Below, one piece after another: positions 1-19,070 of a DNA stretch of 64,000 nucleotides. The position numbers were made by a program, and so were the translations under genes. Positions within the stretch are counted from its first letter, which is position 1; every line of letters begins with the position of its first letter. The notes beneath the pieces were generated by a model, which searched no databases, was not told where the DNA came from, and worked only from the letters and a program-made list of their open reading frames with translations. This stretch comes from Callorhinchus milii (taxonomy: Eukaryota): the NCBI RefSeq assembly GCF_018977255.1, contig NW_024704756.1:17670001-17734000 (forward strand), given 5' to 3'.

Positions 1-541
1 ATTAAAATAGCTAATCAAACTCAAAGCCATACTTCCTTAATAAGTTTTGTTTCAAGTAACTATTTGTGGTTATAAATCCCACACAGGAAACTCAGCTCAC
101 GGACAGCTGGGCACATTAACATGAGCAACATCGGCCTCTGCTCTGGCTCCTGCAGAGCAGCACTATTTAGATTGAATGATTGGAAGCAATTCCAGAGTAT
201 TCCAAGGTCTACTGAATAAAGAATGAATTAACCGTCACACTGAAAGTAAACCTCAATGTTTTGTTTGGTCAGCTAGGTGTCTGACCCATGCAGGAGCCCG
301 TGACCGTGCTTAAGAGAATCAAAAGCAGACTGAAACTTCCACATGTGTAAGCCACCTACACATGGGAATTCCCCTGTGTCTGGAATGGAATGCGTATTCT
401 CTCCCTGGAGGGAGGCACCCTGCTTACCTAACTCCAGAGAGTGTTCGGTGCAGGTTGGCGAGAACCAAGGCTTCGTGATCCCAGGGTATGAGTTGTGGGG
501 TAATTACTGGAGTTCTTACCAGCTAAAATCACATAACTTGT

Positions 542-863
542 GGAGTCCTGTAGCTCAGTGGTGAGAGCACTCGCTTTGCAAGCGAGAGACCTGAGTTCAA
601 TTCCAGGCAGAGGGCGAAACCTCGGGCAAGTTTCCTTACTCCACACAGAGCCTAATAATAATCCTCCAAAACCCAAAACAATAATAAATTGGTCATTTTC
701 AATCTACGACTGTTTGTGGGACATTGCTGTGCGCAATTGGCTGCCGCGTTCGCCCACAAATATACAGTCAATTCACTTTACAGTGTGTTCTGTGAAGCGC
801 TTTGGGACGTCCTCCCGACGTGAGAAGCGCTATATCAAATGCAAGGATTATTATTATTATTAT
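542..863 (+). mobile_element. Full-length tRNA-derived (Ala-TGC-like head) Deu-type SINE
   Basis: A/B boxes (TAGCTCAGTGG, GTTCAATTCC), anticodon arm CTCGC-TTTGCAA-GCGAG, TGTGGGAC..GCTGTGCGCAATTGGCTGCC core, (ATT)n tail; many copies in the window. Confidence 0.9.
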
Positions 864-1220
864 ATTTGTGACTACTCTGCTGTCTGACAAGTTTCCTGCT
901 GCTTGTCCAAGAGTACTACCCCACCTATTCGAGCTTTGGCTTGTGGGGCTATCAGGAGACGAATCGGGAAAAAGTGCCGGTTTGCCCTTCCAAGTGCTGC
1001 CGACAACCCAGCTGGCTCATCTGTTGTCAGCAGCACCTTGGAGAATTTCACACCACTGTAGCTCAGAGACCCCGCAGAGGATCGATATGATTCTAACGTT
1101 ATCATTGGGTTAAGGGTTAGGGTTATGTACCTCCGCACCTCCACCCCACCCGAAATAATACTCGCATAGTCGAAAACACGTGAAAAGCGCTATATCAAAT
1201 GCAAAGATTATTATTATTAT

Positions 1221-1507
1221 TTGATATAACGCTTTTCACATCTTCTAGACGTCTCAAAGCGCTTCACAGAATAGACTGTAAAATAAATTGACTATATTTG
1301 TGGGCGAAATGCGGCAGCCAATTGCGCACAGCAGTGTCCCACAAACAGTCGTGGATTGAAATGACCAATTTATTATAGGTTTTTTTGAGGGATTATTATT
1401 AGGCGTGTGGAGTAAGGAAACTTGCCCAAGGTTTCACTCTGCCATCAATTGAACCCAGGTCTCTCGCTTGAAAAGCAAGTGCTCTAACCACTGAGCTACA
1501 GGATTCC
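1221..1507 (-). mobile_element. SINE, same family
   Basis: Reverse complement of the 542-863 element; tail-to-tail with a short 3' fragment at ~1170-1220. Confidence 0.88.
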
Positions 1508-1559
1508 ATAGAAACACACTGGAGGGCAGACACTAGTTGATTATTTGACATATAATTGC

Positions 1560-1762
1560 CACTATGCCCCAAAACTCTCGAACACTCCCTCAATTCCTCC
1601 ACCTTGCCCCTCTCTCAAGTCCTGCCTAAAAACTTTCCTCTTTGACCGTGCTTATGGCCACTTCCCCCCTATCCCCGGCTCAGAGTCAGGCGCCATCACA
1701 GTTAAGCGCTCTGAGACACTAACCTGCGTGAAGGGCGCTATATAAGTGCAAGTTGTTGTTGT
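1560..1762 (+). mobile_element. L2-type LINE 3' fragment
   Basis: LKTFLFDRAY C-terminal motif, shared 3' stem-loop, (GTT)n tail. Confidence 0.75.
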
Positions 1763-3087
1763 CATATTGAGTCCTCACTAGGTGGATGGCAGGCACCAGG
1801 AAGTCTCTATGAGCTTCCTGATCAGCATAAAATGTACAAGAGCATGACCACCATCTTCCTGCCCACAGTTTGGACACCAACATCCCTTCATAGTGAGTGA
1901 TGGTTCCACCAGTTGATGGTATAAGAGCTTGAGTAGCAGCTGCTCACCTCTTTGCAAACCAATTGTAAATACCAAGCTCTAGTTATCGGTGGGTGTTCAC
2001 CAATCTGTCAATGTGAGTATTTTAGGCTCATCTGATTATAGGAAGAATAACTACATATTAGTGATGTCTCTTGACCAAGTAATGCCAGGTTTCACACTAT
2101 CTCAGATTAACCCCATTGTTATTCTCTTCCACTGAAAGGAGAAATCTCCAGCCACAGCCTGAAAATTAAATGGATTGCTGAGCTCCCTTCTCTATTTGTC
2201 ACTTTGACCCCAATTCTAAGGCTGGATTCACTGCTTTAATCAAGCGCCGCACCTTCCACTAAGTATATGTGATGGATCTTGTGATGCTCCAGTGCTGCCT
2301 CTCCCCTCATCCCTCCTCCCCTCGTCCCCTCACACTGCGCTGCCACCCTGGCTGGAAGCTGTCCTATCTCAATCATTCACACCACCTCATCTTTACCTGC
2401 CTTCCCACCTCGTTGTGGGAGATTCAGCACAGCGAACGCTGTTCATTGACACACACATCAGCACATTCCCAAACTGCACTCACCGGGTGCTGCTGTTCCC
2501 ACACAGTGATTTATCCCGAGTCTCCGATCCTCATGTTGTCACAGTTTGTGCACTGAGTGTGTCAGGTGCCTCAGTCCGCTTCTTACTGTTATTAATTCTT
2601 GGACCACTGTGAACTCCAAGCCAGTGTGTGCCACGCTGGAGTTTGCCGCAATCTGATTTAACCTCAGTAACAGTAGAGCAAATGCAGTGTGAATCGCTGA
2701 ATCTTCCCACTTCTCTCCTCTCCTATGACAAAGTTTCACAATTGCGGAAGTTTCAGTTTGAGTCACACATCAGTCACTAAAGCAGTCCAGAGTCTAATTC
2801 ATGGATTGAGTGACCAATTTATTTTTGAAGGTAAACAGGCGTGTGGAGTAAGAAAACTTAATTGTAAGTGTGAATGCAAAGTGCAAGGTGTGAATGCCAT
2901 ATACAGGCAATTAGTTGGAGAGAATTAGTTCTAAATGAGAGATTCTGTCTCATTTGCGGCATTTACAGACACTTCAGAAAAAGCAATCTGTGATTTCAGA
3001 CACTGAATCCTCCATGAAGAGTCTCAGATCTTTACCTCCTTCTCCATTAGGATGGGTAATGGAGACAGAAGTCCTGTTAGTTACTGT

Positions 3088-3760
3088 GGAGTCCTCTATC
3101 TTAGTGGTTGGAGCACTTACCTCGCAAGCGAGAGGACCTGAGTTCAATTCCCGGCAGGGCGAAACGTTCGTCCAGTTTCCTTGAGAGAGAGTGTAGCTGC
3201 TACTGCCCTGTCACAGATGCACTCCCACTCCCAAGCCAGGCTTCTCGCACCCTCTCCCTGCAGTGAGATAGATTAGTGACTGTGCTACAGTGTGGATAAC
3301 GAAGTCTCCAAAGCCTCATTTATAGAAGGGGCTCCTGGCCAGCAGAGCAGCACCAATGTATTGGATAGTGTTACTGGCACAGGAGGTGAGGGAGGGGCAC
3401 GGGGGGGGGGGGGGCACGGGTGGAGAGGGGGGGCACGGGTGGAGAAGGGGGGGCACGGGAGAAGGGCGGGGCACGGGAGGGGGTGCACGGGAGGTGCTTC
3501 TGTTTAACAACCTAGCAGCAAGAGGAATTGGTTGTTAGTCGATTGGCAGATCGCTTTTCCAGGGATAATAATCCCTCCAAAATAAATGAATAAATAATAA
3601 TTTGGTCTGTTGATCCACGACTGTTTGTGGGACGCTGCTGTGCACAATTGGCTGCCGCATTTAACACTGTAGTCAATTCACTTTACAGTATATTCTGTGA
3701 AGCGCTTTGAGGCATCTGGAAGACGTGATCAAATGCGGTGTCAAATGCCGGGTTATTATT
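3088..3760 (+). mobile_element. Long-variant SINE interrupted by an insertion at 3183-3496
   Basis: SINE head 3088-3182; body resumes at 3497 (CTTCTGTTT...), colinear with the uninterrupted variant at 59139-59420. Confidence 0.85.
3183..3496 (-). repeat. Inverted copy of RAB41 intron-1 sequence (~7640-8011)
   Basis: Near-identical reverse complement of 7790-8011 plus part of the adjacent CCCGTGCCCC minisatellite. Confidence 0.92.
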
Positions 3761-3764
3761 AATG

Positions 3765-3868
3765 GTAGTCCTGGCTCGGCCCCGGGATCCGTTACTGTGA
3801 AGCTCTGAGATGTCATTCGGCGTGGAGGGCGCTGTATAAATCCAAGTTGTTGTTGTTGTTGTTGTTGT
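3765..3868 (+). mobile_element. L2 LINE 3' terminal fragment
   Basis: Matches 7008-7095; (GTT)n tail. Confidence 0.85.
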
Positions 3869-4729
3869 GAAGCCCGGCTGCTCACACGGGACCTGCCTGT
3901 GATTATTATCATTTAGACGGGAGTGGAGGTCGCAGACCGCGGGGCAGAGCCGAGGCCTAGCTGTGGGTATAAAGCACAGCCAGGTGAGGAGCCACTCAGA
4001 CGGGAGCGGAGGTCTGGAGCGCAGGACGAGGTAAGTGACCGAGGGGAGGGGACGCGATTCACAAAGTGAAGTCGGCGTGATGTCACAGCTAAAAAAAACA
4101 GCAACAACAACAACAATGGCCTGGCAGCCGTTGCCGTGACCTGGGAGGCTGAACCTGAGGCTGACGCTCTCCCGTGATCGCGCCGCCCCGACCCGAGCCT
4201 CCTCCTCCCCCTCCACTCTAAATCTCTTCTCCCACTCCCCTCTATCCACTACCCTCCTCTGTCCTTCTCTCCCACCGCCCTCCCCACCTCTCTCTCCCCT
4301 CGACCCCATCACCACTCCCCTCTGCTCCAGCCTGGGCATCCTCCGCCGGGCCCATCGTGGCTGCCGGCACTGGCTGTCCCAGAGCAGCAACTCCACGTGT
4401 CCCATCACTCCCTCCCTCCGCACAAACTGCCTCCTTAAGGCAAACCCAACTTCCCCGTCCCTCATACGTACCCTCCTCAACTCTCCACTCACACCACTCG
4501 CCACAACTAACCTCTGTGTACACCCACAAATCCTCTCCACACCACTCTCTCCTCCCTCTCCTCCCTCCCCTCCCTCCAGCAAACCCACCCGCATTTCCCT
4601 CCAAAACGTCCGTTCCTTCTCAAATAAAGCCCTCACCATCCATGACCTCATCCTGGCTACACCTCCCACCAAACCCCCCGTCCAAACCAATGCCTCCCTT
4701 GGTCTTACCAATGCCTCCCTTGGTCTTAC

Positions 4730-4949
4730 CACGCCTAATAATAATCCCTCCAAAACCAAAAACAATAATTAAATTGGTCATTTTCAATCTACGACTGTTT
4801 GTGGGACATTGCTGTGCGCAATTGGCTGCCGCGTTCGCCCACAAATATACAGTCAATTCACTTTACAGTGTGTTCTGTGAAGCGCTTTGGGACGTCCTCC
4901 TGACGTGAAAAGCGCTATATCAAATGCAAGGATTATTATTATTATTATT
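4730..4949 (+). mobile_element. 5'-truncated SINE nested in the L2
   Basis: Matches SINE body and tail; preceded by a 21-bp tandem duplication (ACCAATGCCTCCCTTGGTCTT x2). Confidence 0.88.
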
Positions 4950-6353
4950 ACTCCTCTGGCTGCTTCCCCTCCTTCGAGCACCTCACCCTCTTCCACTCTC
5001 TCCCATTGAAAATCCTCCTTGTCTACCGCCCCCCTAAGCCCCCCGGCTCCTTCCACACAGATATCTCTACTCTCTTCTCTTCCCAGTCCCTCTGCTCCGA
5101 GCGCCTGTTCATAATGGGTGATTTCAACCTCCACCAAAACACCCCTTGCACTACCTCTGCCAACTTCACTGCCCTCCTCTCCACCCTAAACTTCACCCTT
5201 CATATAAATTCACCTACCCACAACTGTGGTCATGCCTTTGACTTCGTTATCACCCACGGCCTTGACATTTCCGACCTCAGCATAGTGGACAAGGCCCTCT
5301 CAGACCACTTCCTTATCTCCTTCTCCTCTCACATCCCTCTCTCCTCCACCAAGCCTTCAACCATCCTCTACCGCCCTTGGAAAAGGCTACCCCCCGAGAC
5401 CCTCACAAAGGCCCTAACATCATCAAACATCCTATCGCTCTGGCCTTCCACCTGCGGAGATCCTGAAGCAGCCGTCCAGCTGCTCCATGTTTGCCTCTCC
5501 GCCACCTTCAACTCCCTCCTCACCCTAAAATCCAGGACCATCCCCAAACCCACCCGATCCCCCTGGTACAACAACAATCTCCTTGTCCTCCTGGAGCTCT
5601 CCGCGGCGTTCGACACAGTCGATCATACCATCTTTCTCCACCGCCTTTCCTCCATCATCCAGCTCAGTGGGACTGCACTCGCCTGGTTCGAGTCCTACCT
5701 CACAAACCGCCCACAGTACATCTGCACAAATGGTTTCTCCTCCCGCTCTCACCCGGTTACCTGCGGGTACCCCACGTATCCATCCTTGAACCCCTCCTCT
5801 TTCTGATCTATATGCTCCCTCTTGGGGTGTCATCCGCAGACATGGGATACATTTCCACATATACGCGAATGACACCCAACTCTATTTTTCCACCTCTCTT
5901 TGTGACCCCCAGTCCCCTGATGTTCTGTCACCCTGCCTGTCAGATCTCAGGGGCTGGATGAGCGTAAACGTTCTTCAGCTGAATGTTGCCAAGATGGAAG
6001 CCATACTCTTTGGCTCTCATCAACGTCTAAAATCTCACAGTTCTCACCTCCTCCACCTACCCGACCTCCCCCTAAAACTCTCTGAACCTGTACGCAACCT
6101 AGACGTCAGGTTCGATCCCAAATTATCATTCCTCCCCCACATCCGGTCCCTCACCAGCACCGCTTTCTTCCACCTCCGACGCATCGCCCGAATCCGCCAA
6201 TACCTCTCTCCGAAAGCTGCTGAAACCCTGGTCCATGCCTTTGTCACCTCTCGGCTGGACTATCCTAACGCCCTCCTCGCCGGTCTCCCATCCACTGCCA
6301 TCCATAAAATCCAGATTATTCAAAACTCTGCCGCCTGCACTCTCATCTGCAAG

Positions 6354-6490
6354 AAACTCCGCTCCCCGATCACCCCAGTCCTGCCCCCCCATCCTCCCCA
6401 CCCCAAACTCCGCACCCCGATCACCCCAGTCCTCGCCCCCCATCCTCCCCCACCCCCAAACTCCGCACCCCGATCCCCCCAGTCCTGGCC
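6354..6490 (+). repeat. Tandem triplication (~52-55 bp unit) inside the L2
   Basis: AAACTCCGCnCCCCGATCnCCCCAGTCCT occurs three times. Confidence 0.8.
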
Positions 6491-7119
6491 AGACTGCACC
6501 GGCTGCCTGTCCCAGAGAGGATCGATTTAAGATCCTCGCCCTTGTATTCAAGTCCCTCCACTCCTCTGCACCCCCCAACCTCTCTGACCTCTCTCCTCAA
6601 AACAGTATCCGTTGCCTTCGTTTCTCCGGGTCTGGCCTCCTCCTCGTCCCCCAAGTCCTCCGCTCCACCCTCGGTGGCCGTGCCTTCAGCCCCTGCGCCC
6701 CGAGGCTCTGGAACTCCCTTCCTCACTCCCTTCGCCTCACCCCCTCTCTTCCCATTTTCAGGTCTTTGCTCAAGACCTTTCTTTTCGACCGCACCTTTGG
6801 TCACCTACCTCCCCCTCCCCCACCTCTCCCTGGCCCCTCCCCCACCTCCTCCCCTGGCCCCCCCCCACCACCTCCCCTGGCCCCTCCCCACCTCCTCCCC
6901 TCCCCACCTCCTCCCCTGGCCCCACCTCCTCCCCTGGCCCACCTCCTCCCCGGGCCCCTCCCTGGCCCCTCCCCTTCCCTGGCCGTTCCCCTGGCCCCTC
7001 CCCTCCCCTGGCTCGGCCCCGGGATCTGTTACTGTGAAGCGCTCTGAGACGCTGTCCGGTGTGGAGGGCACTATATACTTCCAAGTTGTTGTTGTTTACT
7101 GACATTTACAGTCACTGAT

Positions 7120-14577
<7,458 letters not shown>

Positions 14578-15529
14578 GTATCCTACACTCACTCTCAGCT
14601 TGTGACAGGAACTTGCAATGGGATCTTTGTTTAACCATGAATATTAACCATAACCTGGGATCCTGTTTGTGTGTCTCTCACTTTCTCTGTCTTTCTCTTG
14701 TCTTTCTTCCTCAGTCCATCTCTCTGTGACTTGCAGCAGCTATATGGATAGCAGCAGGTTGCCTGTGTACGGAGGAGTAGGGCACGTGTGTTTGAGTGCG
14801 CTCTGTGGTTGGGTTGGAATGATCAGAGATTGCTGAAAGCATTTGATCTTTTTCTGTCTGAATGCTGTTTATTATTCCAGCAGCCTCCTGTGTATGTGCT
14901 GCGCTGCAGCTGCTTGTTAAAGATTCTGTTAGTTACATTGTGTGGGTGCATTTAGATATTTTCTGAACAGCTAGCCTCGAGGCAAAAGGAAGGTCTTTCT
15001 ATATAGAATTTAGTGTAGTTATGGAGGGGGGTAGGGGGAAGGAAGAATGATAAATAACCTCCGCTTTTGCATTATCCAGAAAGAAAATAAATCTAATCTA
15101 ATCTTTACTGTAAGCAAACCTGCGCTGCTTATGTTTTCATTTTCACATCGTATTTACTGCAGCAGTAAACACATGGAGTCAGCCCAGCCTGGCCTTTGTT
15201 TAGCCACGGAGCACTGTATCAGGGTGCTGCGTGTTCTTGTCCACCTTTTGGTTTGTTCTATTGAAACAAAGCAAATAAACCTGACTATTGTATTACTTGA
15301 ATGATATAGATAACATGTGTTCCTGGGAATGTACATGGTGACCTCCCATGTGAAAGGCACTGTATCAAATGCAAGGATTATTATTATTGTTATTCTGTGC
15401 CATTATTAAGATTGCTGGATTGCTCTCTGCACTTATCAATAGGTGTAATTTTAAATCTGTAATGTAATGCTATTTTTAAGATAGAATTGTATTCAAGTTA
15501 TTTATAAATATACGGAGTGGAGCAGAGCA

Positions 15530-16272
15530 AATCCTCTGGAAGGTTTTAGTCAAGCATTTCCTGAGCCAGGTACTATACTGCAGGCCAGGCTCATCAGTAG
15601 GACTTGGAAGGCCATATTAGTCACTGGGGCAGGGAATCCTCCCACTCAGCTCCTGTTAGCCTTGCAAGCCAAAGCCCTAAAGTGTAGAGTGGTCTGAGCT
15701 GGACAAGCAGCGGGAAAGCTTGCCAGACGTTGCTCTTAATGGCAAGCTATGTGGTTTTTAGCTGGTTAGACTCCAGCAATACCAACGCACATTCTAGGGT
15801 CTGAAACATTGGTTCTTGCCAACCTGTGCCTAATATTCTCCGGATTTACCTAAACAGGATGTGTGTTTCCAGGAAGAGAATGCATTCCATTCCAATAAAT
15901 ATCTCGGGAATTTCCATGTGTAGGTTGGATGCATACACCTCTGATTGGTTTGGATCCTCTTAAGCATGATGATCGGTTTTCATATATGTAAGACACCCAT
16001 CTGATCCAAAAAAAATGAACTATACAGTTTTAGCTGGTTGAACTACAGCAGTATCCTAACACACATTCCGGGCTCCCAAGCCTTGAACCTTGCCAACCTG
16101 CACATAATAGTATCCGAAATTAGCAGTATTCGCCCCAACCCTCAGAGAAATTTCCATGTGCAGATGGCATGAAATATGTCGATCTCTCAGTAAAGTTTGG
16201 AGATTCTTAAGTACGGTGATGGTGATGGTTTTTTCACAAGTATGCGTCACCTGACTGACCAAAGAAAGAAAA
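15530..16272 (+). mobile_element. Two tandem copies of an unidentified old A-tailed interspersed repeat
   Basis: Shares blocks with 258-540 (-), 9825-9945 (+), 32400-32735 (+) and 32860-33005 (-). Confidence 0.65.
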
Positions 16273-17377
16273 CTGCCTAACCTCAAGGATCTGACTCAAC
16301 ACCAATCTTTGCTTCCTCGTTACTTTCTCATTTAGGAAGGAGAAACGTCCTTCTCTTTTAGAATTATGCCGTGAGATCTTTAACGTCCACCTGAACAAAT
16401 AGCTGGGACCTCCGACAATGCAACAACCCCCAGCACTGCATTTAGAGTGTCAGCTTTGACTGCGTGATTCTAAGTCCTGAATGCTTGACCGCATTCTGCT
16501 GCAGTGCCTTCCCTAATCCATGCGCCAAGATAAATGGTTAGGTCTGTAACTAGTATTCACAAGATCATACAATTAGTTTGGATGAAGAAGACCCTTCGGT
16601 CCACCTACTTCCTCTTTGTAAGAGTTATCCTTTGAGTCCCATTTACCTGACATCCCCATACGGCTGCAACTAACTCCTTTTTTATATGTCTTTATTTCAC
16701 TGATCTGAGACAAATTCATACCCAGGCCCCATTGGGAATGGGTCAATGTCTAATCCACTGTACCATTCCATTCCTGGCTGCTTTATCTCGTTACAGATTT
16801 CTTGCTCATTGCTAGTGCTGACAGTTGTACTTATCATTGATCAGAACTTTCTAAAGATGGCAAAATTTCCTTTTTGTTTCCTTTCAGTGAGAGCAGTGGT
16901 ATTCAATGTTCCATCACTTGTGAGAATCATTTAACAAATAGTTTAGTAGTTTGAAAATATTAATTTTTTTTGTAAAAGAGATTATTGTGTGTTAATGAAT
17001 TTGCATTTTTGCTGCACTCTAGAAATTCAGAGAATTTTCTATTAATATAATGTGTGCTTGGTGAATATTTGTTACCTTATTCCTCTAAGTTATCTTGTTC
17101 AACGAAGAGAATCACTGAGGTAAGTAAATGAAAATCAAGTTAAATAAAGCATCTTCTTGCAGGACAAAGACCAGCTCTTTGATGAGGAAGATTACAAAGC
17201 ATAAGTTACATGTGCAATTTTGCCTGCGAAATACTCATGGTAAATCCTGCGAAATGCTTTGAAACATCTGAAGCGAAAGGCACTATATCAAATACAAGGA
17301 ATTAAAAAAATGTAAACAATATAATTTTAGCTATGTTTAATATATTTTTATACCTTGTTAATTCCATTTATCATCCT

Positions 17378-17790
17378 GGCTCAATTGGTAGCTCATTTAT
17401 CTCCTGACTCAGAAGGTTGTGGATTCAAGCCTCACGTCAGGACTTTGTGCTCACAGTCTAGGCTAATGCTCCAATACAGTGCTAAAGGATTGTTGGAGGT
17501 GCCGTCCTTCAGATGAGATGTTAAGCTGAGGTCCGTCTGCCTGTTCAGGTGGACATTACAGATCTGATGGCACTATCCGAAAAGAGAAGGGAGATTCTCC
17601 TGTGTCCTGGCCAACAATCTCCGATAGAATTTTGTGGGATGCTTCTGTATGCAAATTGGCTGTTATGTTCACCTACAAAATATACAGTCACTACACTTGA
17701 CAGTAAGCTCTGCAAAGTGCTTTGAGATGTGCTTCTGACATGAAAGCTATTATAGCAAATGTAAGGATTATTATGATTATTTGTTTATTA
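17378..17790 (+). mobile_element. Older Deu-domain SINE (SacSINE1/AmnSINE1-like)
   Basis: TGGCTCA..TGGTAGC head, GGAGGTGCCGTC.TTC.GATGAGA.GTTAA..GAGG core, L2-like tail; family assignment from recalled consensus. Confidence 0.7.
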
Positions 17791-18749
17791 CAGTAATTGA
17801 TTTTCTTTGTTTAATTTCTTTTTAGAATTCTTTGACTTAAAATGGTAGTGTGGCTGGCTGGCACAGTGAGCCACAGTAGCTGATGGGCACAACACCTACA
17901 AGCTGTTCTAAAATCCCAGAATACTGTTCAGGAAAAGGACAATGCTGCTTTCTAGAGTTTAGTATTGACTGTCTAACCATGTTTTTGTGAAATGTGAAAT
18001 CAGCTTCTAAATTAAAACCAGGTAAATATGAATATCCTGGTGCAGAAGATAATATTGGCTTGAATAAACCAACTCTGGGTACTGCGCTCTCCAACCTGCT
18101 GCATTTTTAGAATCAGAACAGGAATAAGAATCTTTTCTATATAGTGTCATATTTGTAATAATTAGCCCTTATTCTCCCTTCATCCACAATATAATTACTA
18201 ATGCCTGAGCAAGCAGCTAAGAGGTCCTGATGCTGAATGACTAGGATGTGCTAATCAAGTCCTGAGCCATGAATTTGATCACATTCACCGATGCTGCAGA
18301 TGGTTTCTCGTCACACCCGAGAGACGGGAGCTTCAATCCCTTGGCTCGCAGCAGAAACCACTGTAATTTCATTGCATTCTCTCAGGTTTGGGGGTTACTG
18401 TTGTTACCACTTAGCAGGAGGCTGCAGGGAGAGATATTGGCTGCGGATGCTGGTTCTGTCAGCCGTACAGAGAGGGCTGGGTATCTAATGCTGCTCAACC
18501 AGTGCTGCGCTCCACATTGATTGGTGCTGTCTGCGAGAGGTTGCTGGAGGGATGCAGTGTTACACCGGCCAGCATTGAGCGCTCTGCAGTTCCAGCGTTT
18601 GCCTCGGCTGCCGAGATCTGCCATTTACAGTAAGAAGCAGAAGAGACACCAGACAAAGAACTGAGATATTTTTTCTGAGTTTAAATTTTTTTTTTGTCTG
18701 AGTCATAAGGCGATCGATAACAGATTCAAACTGAACGTTAGTGACGGTC

Positions 18750-19070
18750 ATGAAAGCCAATCTGCACAAGAACCACCACTGCTGCAAGTGCCCGGAGTGC
18801 TACGAGGCGACAAGAATGGCAGCTCTCCGGCGGATGGAACCGCAGACCTATGGTGACTGGCAGCACGAACCTTACGGATATGCCGGCTTCAGCTCGCAGA
18901 CGCTGCCCTCATCCTCTGCCGCTGCAGGCAAGAGTAAAACCAAGCTCATCCCCACCTCTCGTGACAGTGGCCCGATTAAAAGCCAAAACAAAAGCATACC
19001 TAAGGTAAACGGCAACAGCGGGGGCTGGTGGCCGGAGTGCACATGTACCACACGTGACTGGTATGAACAG
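18750..19070 (+). CDS. DLG3: DLG3 exon 1 (Cys/His-rich N-terminus)
   Basis: [28 protein letters not shown]...[15 protein letters not shown] |gtatgg; 321 nt. Confidence 0.93.

Larger units (their letters stand above)
3870..7095 (+). mobile_element. Near full-length, decayed L2-clade LINE (APE endonuclease + RT)
   Basis: Endonuclease motifs LQNVRS, VYRPP, GDFNLH, PTH..GH, SDH; RT motifs [25 protein letters not shown]; TSRLDY and LKTFLF; frameshifts, internal deletion near 5575, nested SINE, C-rich 3' UTR, (GTT)n tail. Confidence 0.9.

Noticed and set aside
542-615. tRNA-Ala(TGC)-like sequence (also at 10586, 21341 and 62985)
   Set aside because: Each is fused to a SINE body and (ATT)n tail and lacks a proper acceptor stem; these are SINE heads, not tRNA genes.
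1105-1126. TTAGGG-like units
   Set aside because: Only about three degenerate copies; too short to call an interstitial telomeric repeat.
3683-4765. 360-aa minus-strand ORF
   Set aside because: Antisense shadow of the C-rich L2 5' region, crossing several repeat boundaries.
14715-14836. Strong pyrimidine-tract acceptor 137 nt after RAB41 exon 7 as a possible last exon
   Set aside because: Phase-1 frames end IRDC* or GCLCTEE*, with no RAB6-tail homology, no canonical prenylation motif and no U12 branch point.
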